Source: Octopus vulgaris (Eukaryota). Taken from it: a DNA stretch of 64,000 bases. Under the pieces are notes generated by a model that was not told the origin of the DNA, made no database searches, and was given only the letters and a program-made list of their open reading frames with translations. Position numbers and translations under genes: made by a program. Position 1 is the stretch's first letter; each line of letters begins with the position of its first letter. Below, one piece after another: positions 12,949-26,720 of the stretch. The stretch covers positions 50,902,001-50,966,000 of the forward strand of contig OX597831.1 in assembly GCA_951406725.2 (NCBI GenBank), given 5' to 3'.

Positions 12949-13031
<83 letters not shown>

Positions 13032-14149
13032 AATATATAAATTACTGAAACAAACAAAATAATATATATATACACAACCAGGGGCGAAAGGTTTATGTAT
13101 GCAACGCATGCACTGAATCCCTTACATTTTTGTAGAATAAAGAGTTTCGATATAATTTTAAATTAATTATTGATAATTTTCATTGTCCCCATTGTACTTG
13201 TGATAACAATATGTATGTCCAATTCCTTCATTTCTCAGTATAAATTGTAAACAATCGATATTATTTGCGAAGAGTAAATAGAGAAAGTTCCTGTTTGCAC
13301 AGCGAGGAAAAAAGGTAAATGCAATAATCTAATTGTTCCTGTTTATTCCTTTTGAGGTGGGGAGGAGTGGAAGAAAAAACAAAAGAGTGGGGATCAAAGT
13401 AAGAAAAGTAGAGAAAAGCAGAAATTTTTCTGCTTGCCTTTCAGTCATAGTAAGAAAGGACAGTGTTTTTTTTTTTTTTGTATTGTAATCACTTCGTGAA
13501 GGTATCGTGAAAATGAGAGACAAAACTGAAGAGTGGAAAGTCAAATACAGAAAGGTAGAGTAAAACCGAATTTTTCTACTCGCCATCCAGCCATGTTAAG
13601 CCAGCAGACACGTTGTAAACATATTTTCTTCTGAAACAGAGTTTTCACTGCCCTGTGTGGCAGAGATCAGAGAATTGTCTATTCAAAGGACTTAAAGCTT
13701 TCCTCATAGACAGAGTTAGATGTGAAATGGATGTTTAGTCAATTTGTTTGTTTTATTGCAGATTCTGCTTTATTTGGTATAATTATTCGACACTGAAGAG
13801 TACATACTACCTTTTAAAATATTTAACCCATGGAGAGTATTCAAGATCCCTTCTTAAAGCCCAAATTCAGTCATGTGACCACTACACAAGGTCTTCTCCT
13901 TGACCACTTCACAGTTGGAGCGAAATGAAGTAGCTGGCAAAATCTATTTTCTGTTATTAAAAAATAAACTTTTCACCCGTTTATCCATACCAATGCTTTA
14001 AAATTTTATTTTAGATATTTAAAATTATTTTTAAAAGGTTACGTAACAGAAGTATACTGGCACCTAATTTTTTGTTAAAATAAAGCTTCTATTCATTTTA
14101 AACAAATTATAACCTAGTAACATTTTCCCGCTTTCATTCACTCTCAGAA

Positions 14150-15560
14150 TGGCAAAAGAGTCATTTAGCTAAGTCTCTTCCCTTCTTTCCCGACCTTTTG
14201 CAATAAGAAATTTCGAAGATGATAAGAATATTATCATTCTCGAAAACGAGAAGCCAAAGCTTGAACCAAAATGGGCAACAAAGAATGCCATCGTTATTTT
14301 GATTCCAAGTATCAACAGCAGTATGAGTAGATGACAGGATGCCGATGACAGGATGCCCCATTCTGAACAAATTGTTCTGTTTCCTATGTCTGTTGGTTTG
14401 TGAGCATAAGAACACATGGACAGCTACTGGCTACTGCGATTTCCACAATTTCATTGGCAAAACTCAAGAACCTTAGAACCATCTGAATTCCGTAATTGCT
14501 CTAAAGCCCTTGTTCGACAACGGATTGATTCTGTCATCGATCACTGGAAAGCAGCTTCGATTCAGTTCTATAACAGATCAGTGAAGAAAAATCATGATAT
14601 TTTGAAAAGGTTAATTCATTGTATTGAAATTCTGGCCAGTTAGGAATTACCTTCTGAAGGACACGATAAAACAGAAAAATCAAACAATAAGGGCAATTTC
14701 TGGCTACATGTGAAGTAATAGTGGAATGCAATTAGTGCTTAAGACAGCATTTAGATTTCGTGAAGAAAAATGTCAACTGCACATTTTCTGAATTGTCAAA
14801 TAATATTCAAAATCAGAACATTTAATTGTACAGCTGCTTTATTTGAGGGGGAAATTAAGGTAATGATTTTTAAAAAGTAGTAATCGTTGCTGTTATGTTT
14901 GGTGAGACTACGGATATTTGAATTAAATGTCAATTCCCACACGTTTTGCAAATCGATGATGAGATGGAAAAGCCTCAAGAAAGTTTTTGGGATACATCGA
15001 TGCCAGTAAAGAGAGAAAAGCTTGCATAGCTGACAGAAATTCGAAAATCTGTTAATGAATTCAAATGTGGCCGAAAATTCATCGCATAAACTTATGACAG
15101 AGTGAGCGTGATGGCTGGACATTTCAACGGAGTACAAGCAAGAATAAAGGAGATTTTGGCGCGAACGTCATATGTGTACGTTGTTATGAACATTCACTTA
15201 CTTTGGTACTCTTTCACTAAGCTTCAAATTTTCGTGAATGGCGAATTTGCTTCCAAAATCTAAAAGAAATTTCAACTTTTTTCTCAAAGCCGACGGTTTG
15301 AATAGCTCTACTGGATGAAATTGTTGGAAAGTGATTTCCAAAGTTACCTGAGACACGTTGGAATTATTCAGCTCGGCAAGTATTCATTTTTCCAACAAAA
15401 TTACTGTTTGGCGGTATTTTCAACCATATTAGAAAACCCATCATATTGGAGTGCTTCAGAATTAGAACAGGCAAGGGAATTCATTGCAAACCTAGATTTT
15501 CAGTTTAAATTTTTTATTAGTGGTTTTCGAAACCTGTGGGATTCTATTATGCATCACTGC
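14150..15560 (+). pseudogene. Decayed hAT transposase (ZMYM1/DUF4371-like)
   Basis: Fragments TGCPILNKLFCFLCLL, VKKNHDILKRLIHCIEILA, EGHDKTEKSNNKGNF, YDRVSVMAGHFNGVQARIK, CYEHSLTL, ETRWNYS; many stops and frameshifts. Confidence 0.75.
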
Positions 15561-15590
15561 TATATGTTTTAAATATTCTCTCTGCCCGTG

Positions 15591-15950
<360 letters not shown>

Positions 15951-16802
15951 GATAGTGATGCTGTATGTATGAAAGAGAGAAGTGTTCGTTTGTGTGAGTG
16001 GGTAAAAGATATACACAATCGTCGCATTAACTGCCGGTCAGCAGCTGTGACAAACAAAAATACCTCTTGTTTTTTTAGCCTGCTCAGATTTCAATAGACG
16101 CTTCCTTGTCACTCTCGACAAGACACTGGCCTCTGGGGAAAAGTTATAAAAAGAGATAATGCTATTGTTCGCCAAAATACATGACGGGAAAGTTAAGAAA
16201 TGAATACCATCACTATCACCACGACAGTCACTGAGTGAAAAACTAGTGATAACAAGTCGAGAACTTGGACAGAAAGGAAATGAAACATTTCTTTTCCATT
16301 AATTTCAATCGATTGTTTCTCTCTGTAAAAGTGGATCTCCGCCCACATATTTCACAGTTAAAAATTCAGTCTATATCTTCTTAGATATCTGGGGCCGACC
16401 GGATGCTTTTTGAGTGTATTTTTCCGTGTAACGTAGCCATTTTGTGCCTATGTCCTTCTATGACTGCTTCTGATAAAAATTGCAGGTTTGCGGTTTTCTG
16501 CGTATACACTTTTGTATCAATGAGTTTGCATTTGTCATTGTCTGTATGTTTATGTATGTGTATGTGTATGTGTATGTATAGACGTACGTGCATGCATATG
16601 GTTCGGATTACGTTTTTTGTGAACATGAATATGCTGTGGTGTCCTTAAGGGTGCGACAGGTTTTATGTACTTGTCTGCGACTATGCGTGTACGTGTGTCC
16701 CTGGGTAGGTCTGAAGCTTTGTTTCTGTGTGAACATGTTTGAATGTGGTTTTTACACATATTTCACACACTTACACACAACGTACACATAAAAACACACA
16801 CG

Positions 16803-16846
<44 letters not shown>

Positions 16847-16904
16847 CGCTCACATACATAGTAACTTATATGTCTGTGATTTATGTGTGCATATGACTGC
16901 ATTA

Positions 16905-17250
16905 TTTACATCGACCCCAGTGCGTAACTGGTACTTAATTTATCGACCCCGAAAGGATGAAAGACAAAGTTGACCTCGGCGGAATTTGAACTCAGAGCGT
17001 AGCGGCAGACGAAATACTTATATCTTTACTACTCACAGGGAGCTAATCACAGAGAGGACAAACAAGGACAGACAAACGGATTAAGTCGATTATATCGAAC
17101 CCAGTGCGTAACTGGTACTTATTTAATCGACCCCGAAAGGATGAAAGGCAAAGTCGACCTGGGCGGAATTTGAACTCAGAACGTAGCGGCAGACGAAATA
17201 CCGTTAAGCATTTTGCCCGGCGTGTTAACGTTTCTGCCAGCTCGCTCGCC
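16905..17250 (-). mobile_element. SINE family A with internal tandem unit
   Basis: Head plus about 1.5 copies of the ~184 bp unit. Confidence 0.85.
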
Positions 17251-17457
17251 TTTACATGAGTTTATAACAGCTATGTGTGAATGGTTTTGAGTTAGTTTTT
17301 GTTTATGTCAGCTAATGCATTTAAATGCTTCTCTTAAGTGTAACCCTCATTGGCCATGCATTTATAGTTTTCATATGGTATGAATATATGAACGGCAATA
17401 TTTCTGTGCATGAGCAGCAGTGCGTATATGTTTGCAACTCAATAGATATATTATATG

Positions 17458-17518
<61 letters not shown>

Positions 17519-18616
17519 GTATATACACAGTTATATATAGGTGGTTATAAGAATACATATATATGTACAAATATATATATGTATTCTTATAACCACCTAT
17601 ATATAAGTGTGTATATATATATACACACAGATATACGTGCATATATTTACACATACACATATATGTGTGCTTAAGTATATATATACAGACACATACACAT
17701 ACATATATACATATATACTTATAATTACTTCACACATTCACACACATATCCGTATGCGTGTGTGTGTATATAAATAATCATGTAAATATATACATATGGA
17801 CATGTGTGCACATAGATGTATATTTTTACACACATTCACACAATTACATATATATATATATACTTAAGTACACACATGCATGTATGATGTGTTATCGTTT
17901 GTTTGGGTTTAGCTGAATAATATCAATTTGTTTTCTTTTATGCTTTTGTTGGTAATTAGCTGATATAGAATTTTCAGAGGAAATATGGCGTTTGTATATA
18001 TTGCGTAGGCAAGTGTAATTTCTGACGTAAAGAAATGTGCCTGTGCTTTTGTGCTTGTGTGTGTGTTTGTGTGTGTTTGTGTGTGAACCATAATTCAAAC
18101 AAATGACGATGTGTTTATATGTTTATATATTCGATGTTTATATTATTAGCAGTTTTCGTTCATCATCTTCGCAATGAAACGCTGACGGCGTGTTTATGCT
18201 GAAATAATGAACTGCTTTTAAACTGTCATTCATTCGCTTATAAAATAGTAAAATTATTGGAAATCACAGAACAAAAAGCAAAACAACACTAGACATGTAA
18301 ATAGATTGTTTGTTATGGTCATTAAGCTAAACAAATGAAGTTGAAATGAAATGACCCAGTGGATGTGAGATGTTTGACCACTTTCAGCGACCTATGTCTT
18401 GAGTTCAATCGCCAGAGTACCCCGAAAGTTGCACCCTAGCTACATGGGTTTTCTTTTATACAAAACAACAGGAAGGATACATTATTCAGTGTAATCGTAG
18501 ATATAAACAAGGAGAGGACGATCACTGCTTAAACAGCTCTCATTAAAGATGTGCTCAGTCCATTCTGAGCTACGGCTAAACAACTGCAACAAAACAGTTA
18601 CCAATAGTTAACTATA

Positions 18617-18840
18617 GGCACAGGAGTGGCTATATGATATGTAGCTTGCTTACCAACCACATGATTCCAGGTTCAGTCCCACTGCGTAGCACCTTGGGCA
18701 AGTGTCTTCTAATATAGCCTCGGGCCAACCAAATCCTTGTGAGTGGATTTGGTAGATGGAAACTGAAAGAAGCCCGTCGTATATATGTATATATATATGT
18801 ATGTGTGTGTATATGTTTGTGTGTCTGTGCTTGTCCCCCC
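18617..18840 (+). mobile_element. SINE family B, 5' part
   Basis: ggcacaggagtggct head, ggttcagtccc B box, accttgggcaagtgtcttct. Confidence 0.85.
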
Positions 18841-19490
18841 AATATATATATATATAAATATATATATATAAAAACCAGCTTAGAGAAGAAGAAGAAACGA
18901 AACAAAACCAAACGAATCGAATCGAATCGACGCGAAGGCGCTCGGTCATACAATAGTGTAATAAATAAAATATATGCATACATACAAACATATATGTACG
19001 TACCTACATCTACATGTATATATACATGCATATATAAATATATATACGTGTGTACAGAACACCACAAATAGACGTAGAACTCAACGAGAAACGAAAACGT
19101 AAAAACAGCATGGAACGGACCATTTTTTTAACAACGAAAAAACAGAGTACAAGACAACTACACAAAGAAAAATCCCCTTCATCAGCTGTCCCTAATTCAA
19201 CTCCAGCGTGTTTCGAAGGTGAGGACAGGACACGTCTCGTCGAACTAATCCTTCCTGCGAAAGAATTAAATAAAATTCCTTTGCAGAGGAAAAAAAATGT
19301 TACAAAAACAGGACGTAAAAACAATACAATTAAAAACAAATACAAAATAAAAATATAATTACAAAAAATACAGTACAAGAAGGAATAGAAACAGGACAGG
19401 AAAACAAATAAAGAGGGCCTATAAGCCTAGACGAGGAAAAAAAATTTTTTCACGAGCGCAGGAAGTTCGTAGACCCGGCTGTGAGAGAGA

Positions 19491-19551
<61 letters not shown>

Positions 19552-20413
19552 AATACATACATACATAAAAATACATATACATATATATATATATATATAC
19601 ACATGCATATATACATAGTTACGGTGGGCTTTCTCATAACTTCTGTGCCTCAAATTGCACTCGCGAACCACGCTTCATCAGAGGCTATGCACAAATACAT
19701 TTATTCAAATTCTTTGACCCGGGGAGGCTATTATAGTGTTTCGACAACAAGAGTAGTTTGTTAATTTAATTTTCTTGAGATATTCAGTTATGTTTCTTCA
19801 CTTCAGTTAGACGTCTTTTGAGGTCAAGTTTATCTGTCATTCTTCCATGTTCGATAAAATGTACACCGGTCACGGACAGGATTCGACTCTAGTAAGTTTT
19901 CAATGCTTTAAGGTATTAAGTGACGTCCCTTTCTGATTCGTCTTCTAAACTTGCTGCTGTTGACTACAATGCTTTGTATAACTCTAAGAAACGGGCAGTA
20001 GAGTTAAATACTATACGTATAATTATAATAGTGTCACTCATTAAAAATGTACGGTCTATCGATAATGGGAAAAATTCATAGTAAAGAGCACCTCATCATT
20101 GTTGTTGCATTTGCTCAAGGGAAGTTAGTTGTTTTCAGCAGACCAAACAAAGTTTCCGTCGTAATCGTCTGCAAACTTTCTCCTAATTTTCGTAGTCTTT
20201 TACATAAGTAGGAAATTGGTATTTTACATAAGTAAAGATCTTGAATGACCCCATGCCTTCTTTTCAGAATGTATGCATGTTGGAATACATTATCCAGTAT
20301 GCCCTTCTCACTTGAAGACAGAACAGTGTAGCTTGAGGGGGATTTGGTTGCTATTTCGAACAGGTCGAACGACTGCACAAGAATATTCTCATTTGCAGTG
20401 GACTGGGAGAATT

Positions 20414-20614
20414 TTTTACTCTTTTACTTGTTCCAGTCATTTGACTGCGGCCATGCTGGAGCACCGCCTTTAGTCGAGCAAATCGACCCTAGGACTTATT
20501 CTTTGTAAGCCTAGTACTTATTCTATCGGTCTCTTTTGCCGAACCGCTAAGTTACGGGGACATAAACACACCACCATCGGTTCTCAAGCGATGTTTGGGG
20601 GGGGACAAACATAT

Positions 20615-20668
<54 letters not shown>

Positions 20669-20826
20669 TATCGACAGGCTTCTTTCAGTTTCCGTTTACC
20701 AAATCCACTCACAAGGCTTTGGTCGGTCCGAGGCTATAGTAGAAGACACTTGCCTAAGGTGCCACGCAGTGGGACTGAACTCGGAACCATGTGGTTGGTA
20801 AGCAAGCTACTTACCACTCCTACGCC
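20414..20826 (-). mobile_element. SINE family B, full length, with internal (TA)n
   Basis: Matches 57007-57440 in reverse. Confidence 0.9.
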
Positions 20827-20866
20827 TATGATCAATGTTCAACATCTGAATATTTTCAGTCTTTGT

Positions 20867-20921
<55 letters not shown>

Positions 20922-21761
20922 CATATGAGGAAAGAGCACAAACGAAAAATTCCAGTACTCAAAAACTTAGCTGGCATTTTATTTCATAACAGCTTCAGTC
21001 AGCCTCGTGTTTTGTACAGTTTTGCAGGCACAGATACGTGCCTATATTTTCAGATATACGGAATGAAGAGAATTTAAAATGACTTTTAAACTAGCTGAGA
21101 TGAATACAGATCAGATAGTTACTTTGGGAAGCCAGACACAGCAGTTTTTTTCCCAATAAATGCACTATGCGGTTGAGGAGAGTCAAGCACTGGCTTGGGT
21201 ATGAAATTTGTTTAGTGGGTGCAAATCCAGGTCCAGAAGTTTTTACAAGCAAGGTCTGATTGTTTTGTTTTTTAATTTGTCTTTGTTCTTTGAGAAGAAA
21301 CCTAACTTCGAGCTACTTGTTACAGATCACTTTTTATTCATTCTTTTCTAAACCTGAGAAAAGTAAGTAGGGGTGCAAATTTCGATTTTGCACCCCGCAA
21401 AAATTCCAGCGGGTGCACTTGCACCTCCTTTTCCCGGGCCCATGCACTCAAGCAGCCTACGGTCCATAAAGTTTGAGATTTCAATTATATGTCAGTTTAC
21501 TTGGTGTAATTTTAACCGGGTAACGATATTGCGCGGGGTAGTGTCACCAAAGATATGCCGTTTTGATGAACTTCAAACCATTAGATTCTGATTACCTGGG
21601 AAGACTATCCTAGCCGTCATTGGTCCATGACATAATTGTGAAGTCGCACAATTATTCAGTATACGAATTCCGTGTTTCTATTTACGTATTAGGCCTGAAG
21701 ATTGCAGTTACGCACGAAACTCTGAATAATGACAAGTAAAATATCCTTATATAATATACAT

Positions 21762-22021
21762 GTGGAGGCACGTGGCTTAGTGGTTGGGGTGTCAGCATCA
21801 TGATCGTAAGATTGTGGTTTCGATTCCAGGACTGGCGACGCGTTGTGTCCTTGAGCAAAGCACTTCATTTCACGTTGCTGCAGTCCACTAAGCTGGGAAA
21901 AATGAGTAACGCTGCGATGGACTGGCGTCCCGTCCAGCTGGGGAACACGTACGCCATTGAAACCGGGAAACCGGGCCCATGGATCTGGCTAGGCTTTAAA
22001 AGGGCTCATTCATTTTATTTT
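21762..22021 (+). mobile_element. V-SINE-like element (family D) with TSD
   Basis: tggcttagtgg A box, gtttcgattcc B box, gcgatggactggcgtcccgtccag resembling the V-SINE domain; TSD tataatatacat (21750-21761, 22022-22033). Confidence 0.85.
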
Positions 22022-22155
22022 TATAATATACATAAAGTAAACTTATTTCGATGTGCAGCGTTCTATTTATTCCATAAATTATTTTCTACAACGTCGTGGC
22101 CATATATGTGCGTGTGTATATAACCGTACATATATTCACACACATATGCATGCCT

Positions 22156-22195
<40 letters not shown>

Positions 22196-22301
22196 CATAC
22201 ATATATATATATATATGCAAATACAAACACGCAGGCAAATATATATACAAATACACGCACATATATACACATATACACACATACAATATATACGTAGGCG
22301 T

Positions 22302-22683
22302 GGAGGCGCAATGGCCCAGTGGTTAGGGCAGCGGACTCGCGGTCATAGGATCGCGGTTTCGATTCCCAGGCCGGGCGTTGTGAGTGTTTATTGAGCGAAA
22401 ACACCTAAAGCTCCACGAGGCTCCGGCAGGGGATGGTGGTGATCCCTGCTGTACTCTTTCACCACAACTTTCTCTCACTCTTACTTCTTGTTTCTGTTGT
22501 ACCTGTATTTCAAAGGGCCGGCCTTGTCACTCTTTGTGTCACGCTGAATATCCCCGAGAACTACGTTAAGGGTACACGTGTCTGTGGAGTGCTCAGCCAC
22601 TTACACGTTAATTTCACGAGCAGGCTGTTCCGTTGATTCGGATCAACCGGAACCCTCGTCGTCGTAACCGACGGAGTGCTTCC
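22302..22683 (+). mobile_element. tRNA-derived SINE family C, full length
   Basis: tggcccagtgg A box, gtttcgattcc B box; perfect 14 bp TSD atatacgtaggcgt (22288-22301, 22684-22697). Confidence 0.92.
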
Positions 22684-23284
22684 ATATACGTAGGCGTATA
22701 GAAGAAAGTTGTTAGTTTGTAGTTTGATTTTTCTGTAAGAGCTCTTGAGCCATAAGTTAAGTGAATTAATTTGAATTCTATCTCTTGTTCACTCAACATC
22801 GCTCAACTATAGAAAAGACAGATATACTAAGCACAATTTGCAAGCAAACCAGATTGAATAGCGATATGCTTCCTTAAAAGTCAAAATGTTTAAATCTGAT
22901 TAACTACTGCTTCTTTTAATCTGATATCAATGCTTTTTTTAACGCTTTACAAACACGAAAATAACAATATGTACACATTTTGCCTTTGTCTTTCGTTCTT
23001 TGTCCGTCTCCTGTGCTGACACGAGTACCAATCATTGTCATCGTCTTCGCCGTCATTGTTGCCTTTGTCTTGATCTTTTGATACTCTCGGTACATTAATC
23101 AGAAAGGCAACACTATCGTTAATGTGCATTACTACCGTATGGATGCATACATACACGCACACACATCTATGCACACACATACATACTCATGTATAAACAT
23201 AAATATGCTCTTCAACATATTTTTATGAGGAAAGCTAGATAGAAAGATAGATAGACACATAGAAATATATACACGAATCTATAT

Positions 23285-23372
<88 letters not shown>

Positions 23373-25160
23373 TGGGACAAGAACGCAAAACATCTGGACA
23401 GCTAGGTGATACAAAAAGGGACAACAAAATATCCAGATAGACGATACAAAGAAAACAAGGACGGGTGATTCGAAGTTTTCTTTCCTCAGTCAATTTCGGC
23501 TGATTATTTGGTTTCCTTGGACTCTTATATTTCATTCTTTGATCTTTGGTACACTTTGGATTTTATATATATATTTTTATATACATACATACATACATAC
23601 ATACATACATACATACATACATACATACATACATACACACAGGTTTATATACATATGTGCGTGGTTGTGTGCATGGACGCGTGTATGTATGTATGTATGT
23701 TCTTTGGGTCGGGTCACTCTAAGTGCTATTGGTAACATGTAGTCTAATCTAACCCGTCGCATGGTCGAATCGTCGGCTATTAAACCGGCAACCACACCAA
23801 GGCTGCTTGATGAAGAGGATGGTTTCCTTTGGACACTTTGCAAAACGGAAAACAAGACTTGTCAAAGGACGGATGAATTCAATAGACTCAATGGTCATCC
23901 AACAGTTGGGAGTGGGAGATCCCTTAGTCTTTGTGTAGACAACTGTGTAAAAAGAAATTCCGAAATAGCCTCCATCTTACTGTGAAGCCGGAGATTCTGC
24001 TCTTGCTTGTTTTTAAACTGACTACCTGGTTTTGTAGGTGAGATCCTTGGCGGCGTTTTGCATGGTGTTATTAATTTAAATTTCAACACAGGCATTGCAG
24101 AGAGCCATTATCTTTAACATCTAGGACAAGATCATTTGCCAGTTATAGACATACCCATTTACGAGTTGGCAGCCACCATGTATGTATGCACGAATCTACG
24201 TATGCAGGTATGTATGAACTTACATATACAGTTTCTTCGTAGATTTTATACCTATACATATAACATAAATCTACCTACGTGTGTACATGCTTATATGTGT
24301 ATAAGCATGTACACACCAAGGAGCCCGTGTGACCGTTCATACACGTTTGTGTGGAATGGAAGAAACAAAAGTAAGATATTAGCTGTCGCACACATCTTAC
24401 GTTATTATACGGATTTCTATATCGTATTCGTATTAAATGTGTTATTTTTTATCTATTTAAGACTTGGAGAAACAATGATAAAATATATTTGTCACATTAA
24501 ACTTAATTTATAGTTATCGAAACAGTTTCAACTGAACATGGTTTTAGTGATAGTCAATTCTTTGATTAAATTCATTTTGCTTCACTTTGGGAAATTCCGT
24601 TTACGAAAGTAGCTGATTATGTGTATTAAAGTTGAACTAAATCCTTATCAGCAGCTAAAATTGTAGACGGTTGTTGAATGTTCACCAAAAGAAAAATCAG
24701 TGTCAATTAATTCCATCACAGGAAATCGAATCATCAGGAACTGCACAAATATTCGTTGGTTAATCCAACAATAAAGAAATAATTAGTATTGAAAATTCTC
24801 TTAAACTGCTTCACCTCTCAGCTTTGTTTCAGCTTCTTTCATGCTTTCTCCATCTAAAATTTTCTCTTTCAGTCTCTTTCTCTTTTCCTCTCTTTCTATC
24901 TCTCTTCTTCTTACTCCCATCCTCTCTCTCTCTCTCTCCGCATATGTGTATGTGTGCGCGGCAAGCGCACACGTTACATATCGACACCAATACAAAATCA
25001 CACCCACAAACACAGGCGGTCCCGTACGCACACACACATATCTTTAAATATGTCTAATACTTTCTCTTCTTTAGCCCTCACTCATATGTGTGTGTGTGTG
25101 TTTGTGCGAATTTGAGTGCATACGTGTGAGTTTATATTAACAATATGTATGCATGTGTAA

Positions 25161-25820
25161 GACGGCGAGCTAACAAAATCGTTGCCACACCGGGCAAAAT
25201 GCTTTGCGGTATTTCGTCTGCCGCTACGTTCTGAGTTCAAATTCCGCCGAGGTCGACTTTGCCTTTCATCCTTTCGGGGTCGATTAAATAAGTACCAGTT
25301 ACGCACTGGGGTCAATATAATCGACTTAATCCGTTTGTCTGTCCTTGTTTGTCCTCTCTGTGTTTAGCCCCTTGTGGGTAGTAAAGAAATAGGTATTTCG
25401 TCTGCCGCTACGTTCTGAGTTCAAATTCCGCCGAGGTCGACTTTGCCTTTCATCCTTTCGGGGTCGATTAAATAAGTACCAGTTACGCACTGGGGTCAAT
25501 ATAATCGACTTAATCCGTTTGTCTGTCCTTGTTTGTCCTCTCTGTGTTTAGCCCCTTGTGGGTAATAAAGAAATAGGTATTTCGTCTGCCGCTACGTTCT
25601 GAGTTAAAATTCCGCCAAGGTCGACTTTGCCTTTCATTCTTTCGGGGTCGATTAAATAAGTACCAGTTACGCACTGGGGTCAATATAATCGACTTAATCC
25701 GTTTGTCTGTCCTAATTTGTCCTCTCTGTGTTTAGCCCCTTGTGGGTAGTAAAGAAATAGGTATTTCGTCCGTCTTTGCGTTCAGAGTTCAAATTCCACC
25801 GAGGTCTCATTTGCCTTTTG
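25161..25820 (+). mobile_element. SINE family A with three tandem 184 bp units
   Basis: Units start ggtatttcgtc at 25208, 25392, 25576 and 25760 (the last partial and divergent). Confidence 0.9.
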
Positions 25821-26588
25821 AACACTTCTCAAGGGGGTTATTATTCAAGAAACACATACACATACATATATGTATGTATTATGATTTCGCTTAGGCATAG
25901 CGATATTAATAACTTGTTGTTGAGACTCAATAAACATGTGCTTCATAATAAAACGTTAGGCAAGTACAGAGCGTTTTATGAATTAAGTGAATAACAAGGG
26001 AACAGGAAATAATGTAATCAACTTCATTAGCTTACAGCTGTTTCTGCAACAACTTCAGAGCTTGAGTATCATTATGAGGATCAAAAAGATCTTGGCCATC
26101 AATGAGATAATTATTAAATATTATGTAATGTTACATGGAATGAAGAAATAAGAATATATGCGAGCAATTTCCTGATATTGTCTTTAGATGAAATTACATT
26201 TCATAAAGTAAGCTAGTTATTATAATGTTGAGACAATTTTGTTTGCAATATTTTGATAACATACGCTTTATTCGTCATGTTACAACAGAAGCAGTCAAGC
26301 ATTCGAAGTAGAGGCCATCGTGTTGCTCCGGGATGGTATTTTGCTGCGGAGAAAAAAAATTAAAATAGAAAGAGACAAAAAGTCAACAAGGAAATCAAAA
26401 GGTGTATAATGCACACGAAAGGGGAACTCCACTAAAGTCATGAGATTGAGCATGTTTCCCTCAGTTCAATGTTGGGTCTCTATAAAACGAATAAAGATGG
26501 AGGTGTGCTGCTTATCGCACAAGATAGTGGTTTCGTGTGTAGAAAACAGGCAAACGAGAGGCTCTTTCGGAAGATTACGTCAATAACT

Positions 26589-26720
26589 TACATTATTTAC
26601 ATTTGACGGATATTCGCCCTCATCTTGTTTGTTGTTAACACAACGTTTCACAGCCTTCTTCAGGTGTCTTGGGGAAATTTCGAACTTGGGTTCTCATTCC
26701 TAAGGTATTTTTCGATGTTA
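26589..26720 (-). mobile_element. 3' part of the HHR-tailed SINE-like element
   Basis: Reverse complement aligns with ~10308-10450; gacac ctgaaga aggctg..gaaacgttgtgtt with loop II deleted. Confidence 0.8.

Larger units (their letters stand above)
7115..12950 (+). mobile_element. Decayed Penelope-like element with 3' pseudo-LTR and inverted 5' pLTR copy
   Basis: RT and GIY-YIG remnants in the interior; 7115-7573 is an inverted, diverged copy of 12091-12950; HHR-like motif in both copies. Confidence 0.85.

Noticed and set aside
22302-22375. tRNA gene candidates at SINE heads (also 21764 and 10160)
   Set aside because: A and B boxes are present but there is no complete cloverleaf; they continue into SINE bodies bounded by TSDs
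23705-24120. Complex, GC-richer segment with 66-92 aa ORFs, possible exon
   Set aside because: No recognisable protein motif, stops interrupt the frames and no convincing splice pair; may be a retroelement UTR
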